From Lingula anatina (lineage: Eukaryota > Animalia > Brachiopoda): a DNA stretch of 64,000 nucleotides. The DNA is taken from contig CM120649.1 in the NCBI GenBank assembly GCA_051362555.1, positions 5,890,001-5,954,000 on the forward strand, read 5' to 3'. The stretch's first letter is position 1, and every line of letters begins with the position of its first letter. The position numbers and the translations under genes are program-made. Below, piece after piece: positions 51,437-64,000 of this stretch. The notes under the pieces are model-generated. The model did not search any database. It was not told the origin of the DNA and saw nothing but the letters and a program-made list of their open reading frames with translations.

Positions 51437-53478
51437 CATATCAGCATTGCCATTTTGTTTTCTTGATGACACATAAATAAAATAGTCATTAACCAATTAC
51501 TATATTGCCATTCAATAAAATGTTGATCAAAATACACTTTTTTGCTACAGAAATTACTTATATTAAGTAGGTAATGTTGTAACACATCTATCATCCCATT
51601 TTGGGGAAGGCAGGTAAATAATGGCGAAGACCTGAAGAAGTTAAAAAACTTTGAGAAAACAACAGCAAACTTCTTTTAGAAATAATTTAACTGTTTCCCT
51701 TTTCTTTCTTTTTTTTTTAACGATATCTGTTACACTTACATGTTTACTGCTTACTAGGTTTCCCAAGCTCTGCACTGCCTTGGAAATTAGTGTAAGTTTT
51801 CTACTTGTACTTTGGTCCTGAAAACAGGGTAGAGACAGAGAGATTTCAAAAGTGTGCTTTTAAATAAATTTATATCCTGTGTCTTTAATCTTTCTGTTTT
51901 GGAATAAGACTGTCATAAATGATCAAAGTAAGACAATCAACTAGACGTACTTGATATAGTATGAGAAAGTGAGGTTATCCAAAATAGTCAAATGGGAAAA
52001 AGATAAAAGCACTGGACTTGGGATGTAATGCTGAAACCTTGTTGTTGACACCATGACCTTCAACAAGGTAGAGTGTGTGTATGTGTGTGTGTGTCTGTGT
52101 GTGTGTGTGTGTGCATGTGCACATGTGTTCATTTGTGCACATTGTCTCTTCTTGGAATATGAAGAAATAGATATTCAGAAAAAAAAAAAAAAAGAAAAAT
52201 GACTATCACAGAAAACCATCACCAGGAATCATTTCTACCATTGTATTCTAATACTGAAAATTCCCCTGACTTACTGGAGTTTCCTGTCTCAGCTGAAACA
52301 ACTTTGGTCCCAAGATGGCGGGTGCGTAAAACCTGAGGAAAATAAATCCACTGACAACCTGGTAGCGGACTGCTTTGTTTTCTGAAACACATGGCACACA
52401 TATTATTAATAATTAACTACTTAAACCTGATCTGACTGCTGCAAGGTTTAATGGTATAGTTACTGTTAATAAATAGCCAGAGAAATATTTAGGGAGAATT
52501 CTCTCTGTGCCGCTTTTAGAAACCACACTAAGATAATGTGCTTTTAGGCCAAACAAAATTGACAAGTAGGTTTATGAGCTCAACCGACCCTTACTTTGAG
52601 GAATTCATTATTTTCTGCACCTACTTTTCTTTCAAATGAAAAAATGCAATGGGTCTTGGTTTGGCCAATGGGCAGCACTGAGTCTAACCATAATGCTGTT
52701 GTTTGAATGCTCAAAAATTGCCCACCCTGCCAACTTGACATTACTTCTTTCCTTAATAAATTAATAAAACATGTTTACAGGGAGTAGCTGCTCGTTAATC
52801 AACTGATCGAATTTTTCTGGTCTTACCTGGAAAATATTTGGTGGCGATTTCCTTGAGTACGGCAAAGACCTGACACATGATTGTTGGGCACTGGAGAGCA
52901 GACTGGGTGATGGCCACGATGATCTTCTCGATATAACCTCGCAGATTGTTGATGTTGTTGTCCAGGTTTTCACTTGGGGAGAGGCGGGTGGGATCCACCT
53001 CACAGGGTTGGTGGTCATCAAATATCTGTTTAAAATTTAAAAAATAAATAAATGATAATTACAGGGATAACAAGTTTTCAGATGAGATTCATATTTCACA
53101 ATAACTACATTGTAAACAATTCACAGACAAATATTTAAATTTCAATTTACAACCAATACATGGTTTTGCAATTTTTCTGTAATCTGTGCTTGTCATCAGA
53201 CCACTTGGACCTACATAGATGTGATATGGCTATACCTATGTTGTAATATCTTAAGACAAAAAAAAAAAAAAAACACACGGACTCACTCTGTATGTCATTA
53301 CGTATTCATTAACCATTGGAAATTCATTTACTCCAGAAAAATCCTTTTTTTAAACCAAAACAAATAGTTGTCATCTCTTTAGTAGCAGAAAAATGTTGTG
53401 CAAAAATGCACTTTGCATGTACATCAGCAGAGAGAGTTTTGGTGACAAACTTGATGACTTTTCTTAACTGAGGTGTGC

Positions 53479-53540
<62 letters not shown>

Positions 53541-56500
53541 TCAATTGTTTTACCTCATCTATAATAGCTTTGAGTGTATCTTGCAGATAGTGCATGCCCA
53601 CAACTTTCATCAGCTCATCTATACACTTACTGGCTAGAGTATTGCCACGAAATATTGTATTTGGGTCCCTAAAAAACAAGGAAAACAAAATATACACAAC
53701 AAATTCTGTTTAGTTCAGGTTTTTCTTATAAGTCACGTTTATTCAGCATTGTCATATTTTCTGATATATTTCTGTTGGTGCAAATATCCAAAAATTCCAC
53801 TCTAACTCAGGATCAGAAACAATGGTAGACTAATGGGTGTGATGTGGCAACAAAAAAAAAAAGGCAAACAGCATCTCTGTTGTAAAACACATTGTTTAGA
53901 GATCACCATAGCATCAGTGTCCATGCCAGGATGATAACCCCTGCTTCTCAATGAAGTGATCAAAATGTGCAGACAATGCATTAAATGATTAGATATAATC
54001 ATTTTTATTATTTTTTAGGCCCCAGAAAGTAAAGTGCTGCACTATTTTAACTAAAACTGAAAACATGACATACGATATTCGGGAGATCTCCCAATCAGAC
54101 AAGGCTTCAATGAGAGGAACTAATTTCTCATGGTGGAGGAACACCTTTACTAAAGGCTGTGCTGCTTCTTGGCGTTGCTCCACCACTTCACCTAAGATGT
54201 ATGCCGCACTGGAGGTGATTGGCTGAAATACAGAGTGCACTATGTCAAAAATCAAAACAAGCAATAGAAACATAATTCACTACATTCATCTTTGAGAATT
54301 GGTTTATATTTTAAATATGGTCTTCAATGTAAGCTAATGTAATAACTAATTACAAAATTAAAGACAAAATACATGTAATCAAATTTTCACAAATTATGCT
54401 TTGCATCTTACACATGAAATACCCAGTTTGACAACTGTGAATAGTTCAATTCAATTCAAATATTTGTTTTAAAGTTACTAATGACAACTATCTGTCTGGC
54501 ATCTTGCAGTGATTATGATGTGATACCTGTACTTCAGGTGATTTCAGAAGCAGATTCCTCAGGTCATTATAGTAATGAGACAAGAACACGTGGTCAGCCG
54601 TGTACGAGATCTTCAGCCTCAGAGAACCCAGTTCATGTTTCTTGGAACTGCTTTCTCTGGGACTTAAAAAATACCTAGAGGGGATTATAATAGTAGTGTT
54701 ATCTGATATTATTGACATACTTTGAAAATGAGACTATGATATTTTTACATGGCATCCAATACATGCATGTATTTCAGCCTTCTTTTAATAACCATCAAAT
54801 AAGCCACTTACTCAGCAAAACAAATTTCATTCAAATAAACCCAAATACAACTTGGTAAAAATGACAAATATCAAATATCATCTTTACCAAAATTGATTTT
54901 TTTTACCAAAGTTTTACATGTTATCATGAACCTGGAGTTACGAAAACATTTCCCTTAATACCCTTTCCCTTTAATTTATTAACACACCAATTCCTATACC
55001 AGTACAATTTAAGAAGCCAGTACAGAAAATTAATGGACTGCACTTTGTTGTACTAAACCCCGTCCAAGTTCATATAACGCCAACAGACAAACAATTTTCT
55101 CTCAAGAGCTTCACCATTACAGTTTTAAAGTCAAACCATTCCAAACACTACTTCAGAAGTGCACTCTCCATAATGCAAAAAAATTCACATTCCCTGAAAG
55201 TAAAAAGAGACAGTAAAGAAAGTGCCTCTCCAAAAACTACCACCACCTCCACCACCATCACCGTGTGAAGCATACCATGCATTGTGTGCAGTTGTCTGGT
55301 CCAGATCTTTGAGAAGAATTTTAACCTCGCCCAGAAAAGCTCCCGGAAACATGTGTCCCAACACTTCCCTTGACACCCGAGAATCGTCATGCCACAGTGA
55401 AATGCTGAAACGTACAAATGAGTGTGGTGAAATACATTGCTTAGGGCACTTTCAGAATCAGTTGATCGGCGGACTAAGTAGTCCATGGATCAAATATGGC
55501 GTGACCCAATAGAAAAAGTGCTGAGATGTAATTGCTCTGCCCCTGCTGGGACATCACGCATGGGAGGCAGGGATCCATTGTCAAGTATATGCCATATTTG
55601 ATCTGTGGACTAATTAGATCACAGACCAACTGGTTGTGAATGCTGCCTTAGAGTAATGAGCCATCCATCAAGGGGTGAAACTGTAGTCACATGATCTCCC
55701 CTCACCCCACCTTGTTAGCTTCAGAGGTACCTCCTTTTTCTTTAATAAAGTTTTTATTGACTGATATACTTATCAACCATATACAAGGATGAGACTGCTG
55801 CCATTTAGTGAAAAAGTCTGAAAATATGAGGTGGGGTGGGCTCCAGACACCTCACCCTAGTTTTTATTGCAGATCTGCATTGATCTAAAGGATGATATTT
55901 TTGGCTCCCAAAAAACGGATATATCCCGATATTTGGAAGAATCTCATCCCTGCACATACTGACATAAATGGTGCTTAGCACACTCACAATGGGTCACGAT
56001 CTTTACTTACACCTGTCCAATGATGTAGATACCCATCTGACAACCCTTGCTTCTCTATTTAACTCCTGAAGTGATCCAAATGTGAAAAAAGTAACTGCAA
56101 ATGGTTAGAGATGATCACTTTATTCATTTTCAGGGCCCAGAAAGTGCTGCTACTTTTCAGGGCACAAACCGTTTAGCAATTACCTGAGCTCTGCATTAGT
56201 GGAGTCGTCCACTATGTACTGGGTCATCCTGTCATGGTTCTGGCCTTTCTTTTTTAACTGGAATGAAATTGGGATATTTCTTTCATTGTTAAAATACTGA
56301 ATGCATATAGTCTTTGTCTGGCATAATAATTGCTATGATTTAGTAAAAAAAAAATGAATGCTCTTAAAAAAAACTGAAAAGATTTGCATAAATATGACAT
56401 TTTTTTCTGTCTTTTAATTAACATTTTACAAATCACTGTTAGCTTTACTATCTCATCTCTACTTTTCAGTCCCATCTATTTCATCATAACCTTCAGACTT

Positions 56501-59030
56501 TAAAAGGCAATATAGTATATTTTAGTTGTTTGAGATGTAAATTCACATCATTTTGTCCTAATAATCCTTCAAATACACCCTCCCATCACTTTCCGATCTA
56601 TATCTGCACCTATTTTTAAGTATTTGAGAGTTCCTTACATCAAAGAAAAAAGTTTCGTCAAACTGTGGACAAATTGTCTTCTTTTTCACAGCTGTCCTTT
56701 TATTTTCCACATTTTTCTGCATTTTACCAATGGTCAAGGTGACCTCGGCATATGGGTTACAAGCACCATTGATCACTGTCAAGTCACTACATTCCACAAC
56801 TCTGAAAAAAAAAATCAAAAGAATGACAAAAGAATCATAATCACGGACATTTGATTACAATTCATACTTAAATCTCCTCTAAAACTATTCTCAACAGCAT
56901 GAGGACATCAAGAAGCTGAAAAACGTGATCAGGGGAAGATCCAGATATATTTTTTGACAGTCTGCCAAATTATCTTAGTTTAACCATCCTCCATTTCTGA
57001 CCGTCTTTCAAGAGAATAAATAAATGTCCATCAATGTAAACTTGAAAAATATGGCTGCCTTCTGGAAGACCCAGAAGACAGCCTCCATCTGCCCCTGATG
57101 ATTAAGTGCACAGGGCTTCAGTATTCATGATTTCCTTGTAGGTGTCTGCCTTCCCTCTGCTCTGATCTGTGAAGCACCTTACCTAATTAAGAGTCTGCTA
57201 GAAGGAAAATTGTATTCAAGAAACAAAACCATGGACAATTGAATATGACAGGCACTAAATTATCTTCCAAAACTATTCTCAAACACATGACGATATCAAG
57301 AAACACATGGGTCAATCTATGTATTTTCTTTAAAGGTATCCTGACAGGTATCTTCCCGAGGAAGCACCGTACCTGACGGAGAGTCTGTGAGAGGGCATGT
57401 GGCTCCCCCTAGTGTCCAGACATTCGCTAAGTCTCAGTTCCACGTGGACCTTTCCCTGGACCTCGGATAATGCATCCACAGGATGCAGAGGGAGCCAGTG
57501 GTCCTTCCCATGGTATTTGTGTAATTCTTCTTTCTTTATTACCACATTGCCTATGATCTGTGAAGATAAAAAACAGTCATGGTGAAACTTGTCAGCTTCT
57601 GGGTCAATATCAAGCATAATTGAAAGTAAGTTGGCAATTCTGATGGAATCTGTGCATTAATCAGCCAACATGGGCCAGCAATAATTGCCAACTGATGCAC
57701 TAGTAAACATAATTTTTTGACTTAAAGGTAAAAACAGACACATTATTTTACAACTGGTACAGGTAAGAGTTACCTTTTATAAAACCAACAATTATTTAAA
57801 CATCTACTCTTGCTACCCTACTCTTATTAAATTTTTCTAGCCTTTCATTTAGATGTTCAAATTAGCATAAGATAAAAGAATCCTGAAAACAACTCACTTT
57901 GTCTTGTTTGACTGTCTTCTCATGGACATAAAACTTGAGAAATCGAAATTTTCTTGGAATTTCACACTGGAACTCTTCACCATAAAAAGGACTGAAAAGA
58001 AGCAAACAAAGATGCCATAAATATGGCAATTCGATGAATATGTCCTTAGTTTACTTTGAAATTTGTTGTTTGATCTCATATTTATATGTAAACTGTCACA
58101 TATGACTAAGCATCAGTTCCATAGAAGTGACTTATATACATGTTATAGACTAGATAGGAATACATTTAACCAAATGTTATATATCTTGCTAGAATGTACA
58201 TGTAAAATATAAAAATCAGAAATCATTTTCCGTTTTTTAGCAGTGCCAAGAGAAATGTAAATAAATATGAAAGTAAAATTTAAGTATTCTTTATTTAATT
58301 TATTAGCATTAAAAAGGTTAATTTAAACCGAATTAAAATGGGATGACTGCATGGGGGATGGAAACTGCTTAAAATCATTTATAAAGATCACTGTTGCTCA
58401 GTATAAAAAGTTAAAAATGCTGACACTTGGTGAGAGGGGTATGTCAAGACGCTTTCCATATAGTGTCACATTTGAATTACGAATCTGCTACTTCTATTTA
58501 TCAGTAGTTGTCTGGAGACATAATTTAGCTCATTTCTGCTCAAAGGTAGCTGTAAATCAAGACATGCCATTGCAGATTAAACACTCCTTGGCCAATGAGC
58601 CATTGTTAATGCATCTTTTTTTAGCTCTGGCATGCGCTTTAGTAGACAAAATTAAACTTTCATTATCTCCTTCTTTATGTCCTTGCATTAAGGAAGCCCA
58701 TTTGCAAGAAGAAAAAAAAATTCCCAAAAAGTACTTGCAAAAATAACACTCACCAACTTTCCAGAGTATTTAAATCAAGCATATAACTAGGAACTACTCA
58801 ACAGCGTTTTGTGAAAAAAATTATTCATTTCACATGTTCAAATTTAATATGTATGTATACATGTAATTAAAGTATTTCCATGTACTGAATACCAACAAGT
58901 ACCTACTTTAAATTTCTCTCGATCAGTGAAGTTTTGAAAATCTGTTCTTGGTCCAAAGCCACACTGCAGTAAGTGTCTCTCAGTCCAGAAGTTACATTGC
59001 TACTGGAAGGGGGAAGGTGCTTAGCCTCAC
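46662..59030 (-). CDS. RASA3: GAP1-family Ras GTPase-activating protein (RASA3/RASA2-like: C2-C2-RasGAP-PH-Btk); first coding exon not located
   Basis: About 21 GT-AG exons (some boundaries approximate): 59030-58907, 57991-57898, 57557-57373, 56801-56639, ~56257-56184, ~55404-55277, ~54674-54527, ~54222-54074, ~53668-53554 ([14 protein letters not shown]), ~53025-52827, ~52381-52275 ([16 protein letters not shown]), ~51818-51741, ~51378-51292, ~51156-51087, ~50878-50772 (PH: [19 protein letters not shown]), ~50547-50465, ~49962-49893, ~49477-49388 (Btk: YHP), ~49205-49056, 47223-47037, 46725-46662 (YGSQETPIGD...QTKL*). Confidence 0.93.
53063..53380. mobile_element. Older, diverged copy of the Kolobok-like element in a RasGAP intron
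   Basis: AGGGATAACAAG...ATGAGATTCATATTTCACAATAA...GGCTATAC...CATTAACCATTGG...TTGTCATCTCTTTA is colinear with 3460-3793 but more diverged. Confidence 0.6.
56930..57097. mobile_element. MITE of the 27338-27493 family
   Basis: CAGGGGAAGATCCAG...GAAGACCCAGAAGAC...CTGCCCCTG with GTGAT/ATGAT flanks. Confidence 0.65.
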
Positions 59031-59453
59031 CTGAAAATAATAAAAAAATTACCATGATAACTATTTGATTTACAGTTTTTAAAATTGATTTGTTTTTATA
59101 CACATTATATTACCGCTGTTCATAGAACTTACATTTTTAGGAATGCCAATTTGTTGGAAACATTCTAAATTCAGCTTTTTGAAAGGACCGAAAATGTTAA
59201 ATATAGTGTAATCATATGTTGGCAGAATTTTAGGTTACTCAGTACAGTTTTATGACTTGTCATTTTTATAGAAACTTCACAAAAAAAACAAGGCAGCAAA
59301 GCTGTCAAATGTACAGACAAAAAACAGAAAATAAAGATGCAAAAAAAAAAAAAACATTTTGTCAATTTTGATGCAATAATAAATAATGCTTATAATAGCA
59401 CTGTCAGTCAACACTGAATTTTAATCATGCACAACAGGTAACATGGTCAATAA

Positions 59454-59618
59454 CAGGAGCAGATCCAGAGATATTTTCTGACAGTATTCCAAAGTATCTA
59501 TGTTGATCCATCCTCCATTTTGATGGTCTTCCAACAGAAAAAAAAATAGATAGCAGTCAATATAAACTTAATAACTTGTCTTCCGGAAGACCCAGAAGAT
59601 GGTCTCAATCCACCCCTT
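59454..59618. mobile_element. MITE of the 27338-27493 family
   Basis: CAGGAGCAGATCCAG...GTTGATCCATC...GAAGACCCAGAAGA...ATCCACCCCT with AATAA-containing flanks. Confidence 0.6.
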
Positions 59619-60191
59619 CAATAAGATTACAGTTTCAGGACCATGAGAGACCAAAGTCACATGATGAAAGTCTCAATATTTGAAAAATGATGACAGTGAA
59701 TAAAATAATATTATATAATGTTTAAAGACATAAAAAACAATACAATTGTGGAAATACAGAAAATGTGCAGAGCCTAGAGCGGATGAGAGATAAAAGTCAC
59801 AAATGCAAGTGTTTGAGAAAAAATTGTAAAGGAAAACATAACAAAACTAGAAAACCACAGAGAGTGCAGACCTCTGCCAAGGCAGCAATTGTTGATTATT
59901 ATTGATTATTGATTGATTATTGAGCCAGACCACCACTAAAAACTAATCATTGTCCTCTTTGGCCCAATTCTGACAGTTCCTGAAAATTTCAGCAAAATTG
60001 GTCCATAACTTTTTGAGTTATGTTCATGACAGACAAACAGGGGTGAAAATATAACCTCCTTGGCAGAGCCTGAGGTAAATATAATTTCAATGAAGCTGCT
60101 ATTCAAACTTTTAATCTTTGATAATATATATTATCAATTAATGCAGGTTAATATATATAATAATTATGCAGGTTATATATATATATATATA

Positions 60192-61557
60192 CACACACTG
60201 GACAAAAGAAGTGTCACCCCCTAACTCAGAGTAATGAAAGTAGGCAGATCTTGGGTACTTATAATGCCTGGTCTACTTATAATGTGACTAATGAGTATAA
60301 AACCGCTATAACATGGAATTGTATTGTTGGTCTTGTACATGTACAGCAAATGTTATTCCTGTCTTCCTCCAGTATGGCAAGATACAGGTAATTATATAAT
60401 GGTTATAGGTACAAGTTATTAACCTGAAGAGGCGGAATATAAGCAATGTCAGAATATGGATACAATTGAATTGTTCAGTCGGAACCATGCAGAGGGTCTG
60501 GTCTTGGTATAGAAACACTGGATCAAGAGACAAATTGCCTCTGATGGGTCGTCCAAGAAAAAATACTGGCCGTGAAGACCGACGACTGATTTTGATGTCC
60601 AGGTTGTCAAAGTTCGACTCTGCTTATCAGTTGACAACACAGTGGAACAATTTCACACATAAGAATATGTCTGTGGAAATTGCTAGGCGTCGGTTACATG
60701 CTCAGAGAGTGTACAGCAGGGTAGCAAGACTGAAACCTCTTATATCGTTAAAAAACAGGCAACGTAGAGTAAACTAGGGTAAACAGGATCTGGAACTGGA
60801 CAGTTCATGACAATTGGTCCTATATATTTTTTCTGATGAGTGTCGCTTTGGTATGATCTCTGATGACAGACGGGTACTATGCTGGCAAACTGCTGGTAAA
60901 GCATTTGAACCACATGCACTGAATTTTCATCATGGTGTGGGGCTGCATCAGCATCCATGGCTTGGGCGAATTGATAGTGGTTAATGGAAACATGAATAAC
61001 TAGAAATATATCGATGTTTTGGAGTCAGGCTTGCTACCATCTATTACTAACATGTTTGGTGAAAGGAATTATCCATCTGTTCACCAGGATGACAATGCTC
61101 CTTGTCACAGGCCCAGAGCAGTTGATGATTGGTTTGACCAACAGGACATTCGCAGGGTGATGTGGCCTGCCCAGAGTCCGGATACAAACATAATAGAAAA
61201 TGTGTGGAATGATTTGTCAAAACTTTTTACAAATGCCCGTCTAACCAGCAGAGAAACTCTGTTATATTCAGTGTTTCATGCTTGGGCCAGCATAAGCCCT
61301 GAACGCATCAGACAATTAAATGAATCCTTGCTTCGTAGACTTGCACCTATTATTAGGTCACGTGGCTATGCCACTAAGTACTAATTTTGGACTTGAAACT
61401 ACATATTTTGGTAGAATGTATATTTTGTTCTCATTTTGTGATTTTTTGTGAAATTTGATGTTAATAAAATGATACCAGGAGCATATCATTCCACAGTCAT
61501 TTATCTCCCCCATAGTATTGGCTCAGTAGGGGTGACACTTCTTTTGTCCAGTATGTG
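60192..61557 (+). mobile_element. Near full-length Tc1-family transposon with an inactivated DD34E transposase
   Basis: TA-flanked TIRs (CTGGACAAAAGAAGTGTCACCCCT / AGGGGTGACACTTCTTTTGTCCAG). Transposase pieces at ~60445-61384 include GRPRK, FSDECRF, HQDDNAPCH and WPAQSPDTNIIENVW, interrupted by stops and frameshifts. Confidence 0.92.
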
Positions 61558-62438
61558 TATATATAATAACCTGCATAATTATCACTGCTTCCTTATTATT
61601 AATCTAGCAGAGAGCTTAACTTTTGGGAGTTTACAAGGAAATATCAACAAGTGTGCTTTATGTAATCTCCTTTAATGGCCTATCAATTAGGCAAATGGCT
61701 TTATAACTCAGAAATTAGCTAAGTGATACTCAAGGGATATTAACAGACTGACCCTCTCAAAGGTCTTTCAGGCCCATAAGTCACATCTTAAGAAAAGCAC
61801 AAAACAATAATGCACAAAATAGGAGACTACCAATTCTGATGCAATAATACATTACGTTTTACTGCACAGTCAACATCAAATTTTAATTATGCACAACAGG
61901 TAACAACGACGGAAGTAAAAGCATAAGGCTTCAGGCCCATCAGAGTGCAAGTTTATACTTAGAAAGTGACAGAATGAGAAAAATGAAAATTTCACACAAA
62001 ATTGCATAAATTCAATAATAAATGATAACCCAATTGACCTGGCTTTCTAACTTGAACTGCATGCCAATCCTAAAATCATACTTGTAAGTTAAAAATAATA
62101 ATAAGTAACACTAATGTTTGCAGTAGCAATGCAAAAATATTGTTGTCAATTTTGATGTAACATTACATAATAAATTATACAATAATTATCACCAATTTTT
62201 GATTTAATATTGACAATAAATAGCATGGACATGTAGAAAATTTGATTACCATTCGGCTTCATGTCCATGGGAGCTCCGAGTCCCACAATGAATATGCCAA
62301 AAAGATAATGAATATTTCACTCAAATGTATAACTTCCAGAAAAAGAAACCAATTAGACTGCTTTTCCAACTCATTCTGCATTTTAGTCCTGTGTTTGTTT
62401 TTTTTAAAGGTTTGACAGTCATAACACAGTTTTCCCAT

Positions 62439-63305
62439 AATGGTCATCATGGCAGCAGCACCAAAAATTGTGTTTTCTTCTATTTTGATGCAACATTACA
62501 TAATGATTAACAGCATAATGACCATCAATTTTTAATAATAGAATAAAAGTAACATGGACATTCAGAAAACGTGACAAGCAAAGTTCTTCAGGATCATGGA
62601 ACTTTAAAGTCACACCTTGAAAATGCCAATATGTGAAAAATTAAATTTTCACAAAAAACTGTTTAACTGCCAGAAAAAATTACCAAACAGACTGCATTGC
62701 CTACTGAAGCTGTATTTCAGCCCTATGTTTCTTTCCTGTAATTTTGAAAACAGTAAGTGACATGGTTTTTCTTAAATGGTCATCATGAGAGCAGTGCCCA
62801 AAATAGGTGTTTCTTCAAATTTTGATGCAATATTACATAATGTTTAACAGCATAATGACCATCAATTTTTAATTATAGAATATTAGTAACATGAACATTC
62901 AGAAAACGTGACTAGCAAAGGTCTGCAGGCTCATGGAACTTCAAAGTCACACCTTGAAAATGCCAATATGTGAAAAATTAAATTTTCACAAAAAACTGTT
63001 TAACTGCCAGAATAAATTACCAAACAGACTGCATTGCCTACTGAAGCTGTATTTCAGCCCTATGTTTCTTTCCTGTAAGTTTGAAAGCAGTAAGTGACAT
63101 GGTTTTTCTTAAATGGTCATCATGGGAGCAGTGCCCAAAATAGGGGTTTCTTCAAATTTTGATGCAATATTACATAATGTTTAACAGCATTATGACCATC
63201 AATTTTTAATCATAAAATATTAGTATAATGGATATTCAGAAAATGTGACTAGCAAAGGTCTGCAGGCTCATGGAACTTCAAAGTCACATCTTAAAAATGC
63301 CAAAA
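62439..63305. repeat. Tandem repeat, ~337 bp unit, ~2.6 copies
   Basis: The unit start AATGGTCATCATG occurs at 62439, 62775 and 63112. Related diverged segments (TTTGATGCAAT..TAC...AAAGTCACA) lie at ~30330-30660, ~59270-59700 and ~61800-62230. Confidence 0.85.
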
Positions 63306-64000
63306 TGTAAACAAGACAGCACTGTTCTGAAATGTTTTATTTCCATTTTTAACACTTTTTTTAACATAAAACAAAATAAACAGTTTGTTGCCATTTTTAT
63401 ATGACCAACTAAGAAAATTGATGAGATGGGAAAAATTTCAATAGAACAGTGTTAAATGTCCAATTTCCTCCATTCTGAAATTCTGAACATAGTGGATGAT
63501 TGAATCTGACAAACTGCAATGATATGAGTTTATTTCCATTTTAGACACTTTATTACACAATACACGATAAAAAGTTTACCATCGTTTTTACATAATCAAT
63601 TAACAATGTTGTAAAGATGCAGGAAATATCAAACAAACACTTTTACTTATCTTATTATTTAAATAATGAGACTGTTAACATGCCTAAGAATTGAATCTGA
63701 GAAAATGTGAAAAAACAGCATAACTTCTAAAATAAAGGCCCGATTATGCTGATTTTCGAACTCAACCTGCGTTTTAGTTAGTTTGACTACTCCTGTGAGT
63801 ATAATGACAATTGGCCTATCTGTTTTACTTATATTGTGTTATCAGTGTTGCATATATGCTGAAAAAAGTGAAAAAAACAGCATAAATTCCCTTAAAATAA
63901 CCCAAGGATGCTGATTTTCGAACTTCACCTGCATATTATGAATATTCATCAGTTCTGTAAGTTTCAAACCAAAAGGTAAAATGGTTTTCCACTTATCATG

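Noticed and set aside
56010-56066. Possible extra RasGAP cassette exon with AG/GT boundaries
   Set aside because: In the phase required by the upstream exon it gives an immediate stop, and the flanking exons join correctly without it.

Overview
AT-rich, intron-containing animal DNA; the gene families and repeats look like those of a marine invertebrate, but the species cannot be assigned from the sequence. From left to right: (1) a minus-strand JmjC/cupin-like 2-oxoglutarate oxygenase gene with an N-terminal hydrophobic segment, running off the left edge; (2) a ~27 kb tandem array of six intact, co-oriented three-exon genes for small secreted 8-cysteine peptides (84-98 aa precursors; framework C-x7-C-x3-C-x8/9-CC-x8-C-x-C-x19-C, CS-alpha/beta defensin-like). 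The ORF track shows essentially only their middle exons; (3) an intronless Toll-like receptor ORF ~3.5 kb after the last peptide gene; (4) a convergent, multi-exon GAP1-family RasGAP (RASA3/RASA2-like) whose first exon was not located. Many DNA-transposon derivatives are interspersed (Kolobok-, Harbinger-, hAT-, Tc1-like), along with a LINE remnant and a ~337 bp tandem repeat. The best candidate for a novel system is the peptide array, flanked by the TLR and a divergently transcribed, possibly secretory-pathway JmjC oxygenase. All gene models were spliced by eye; no searches were run.
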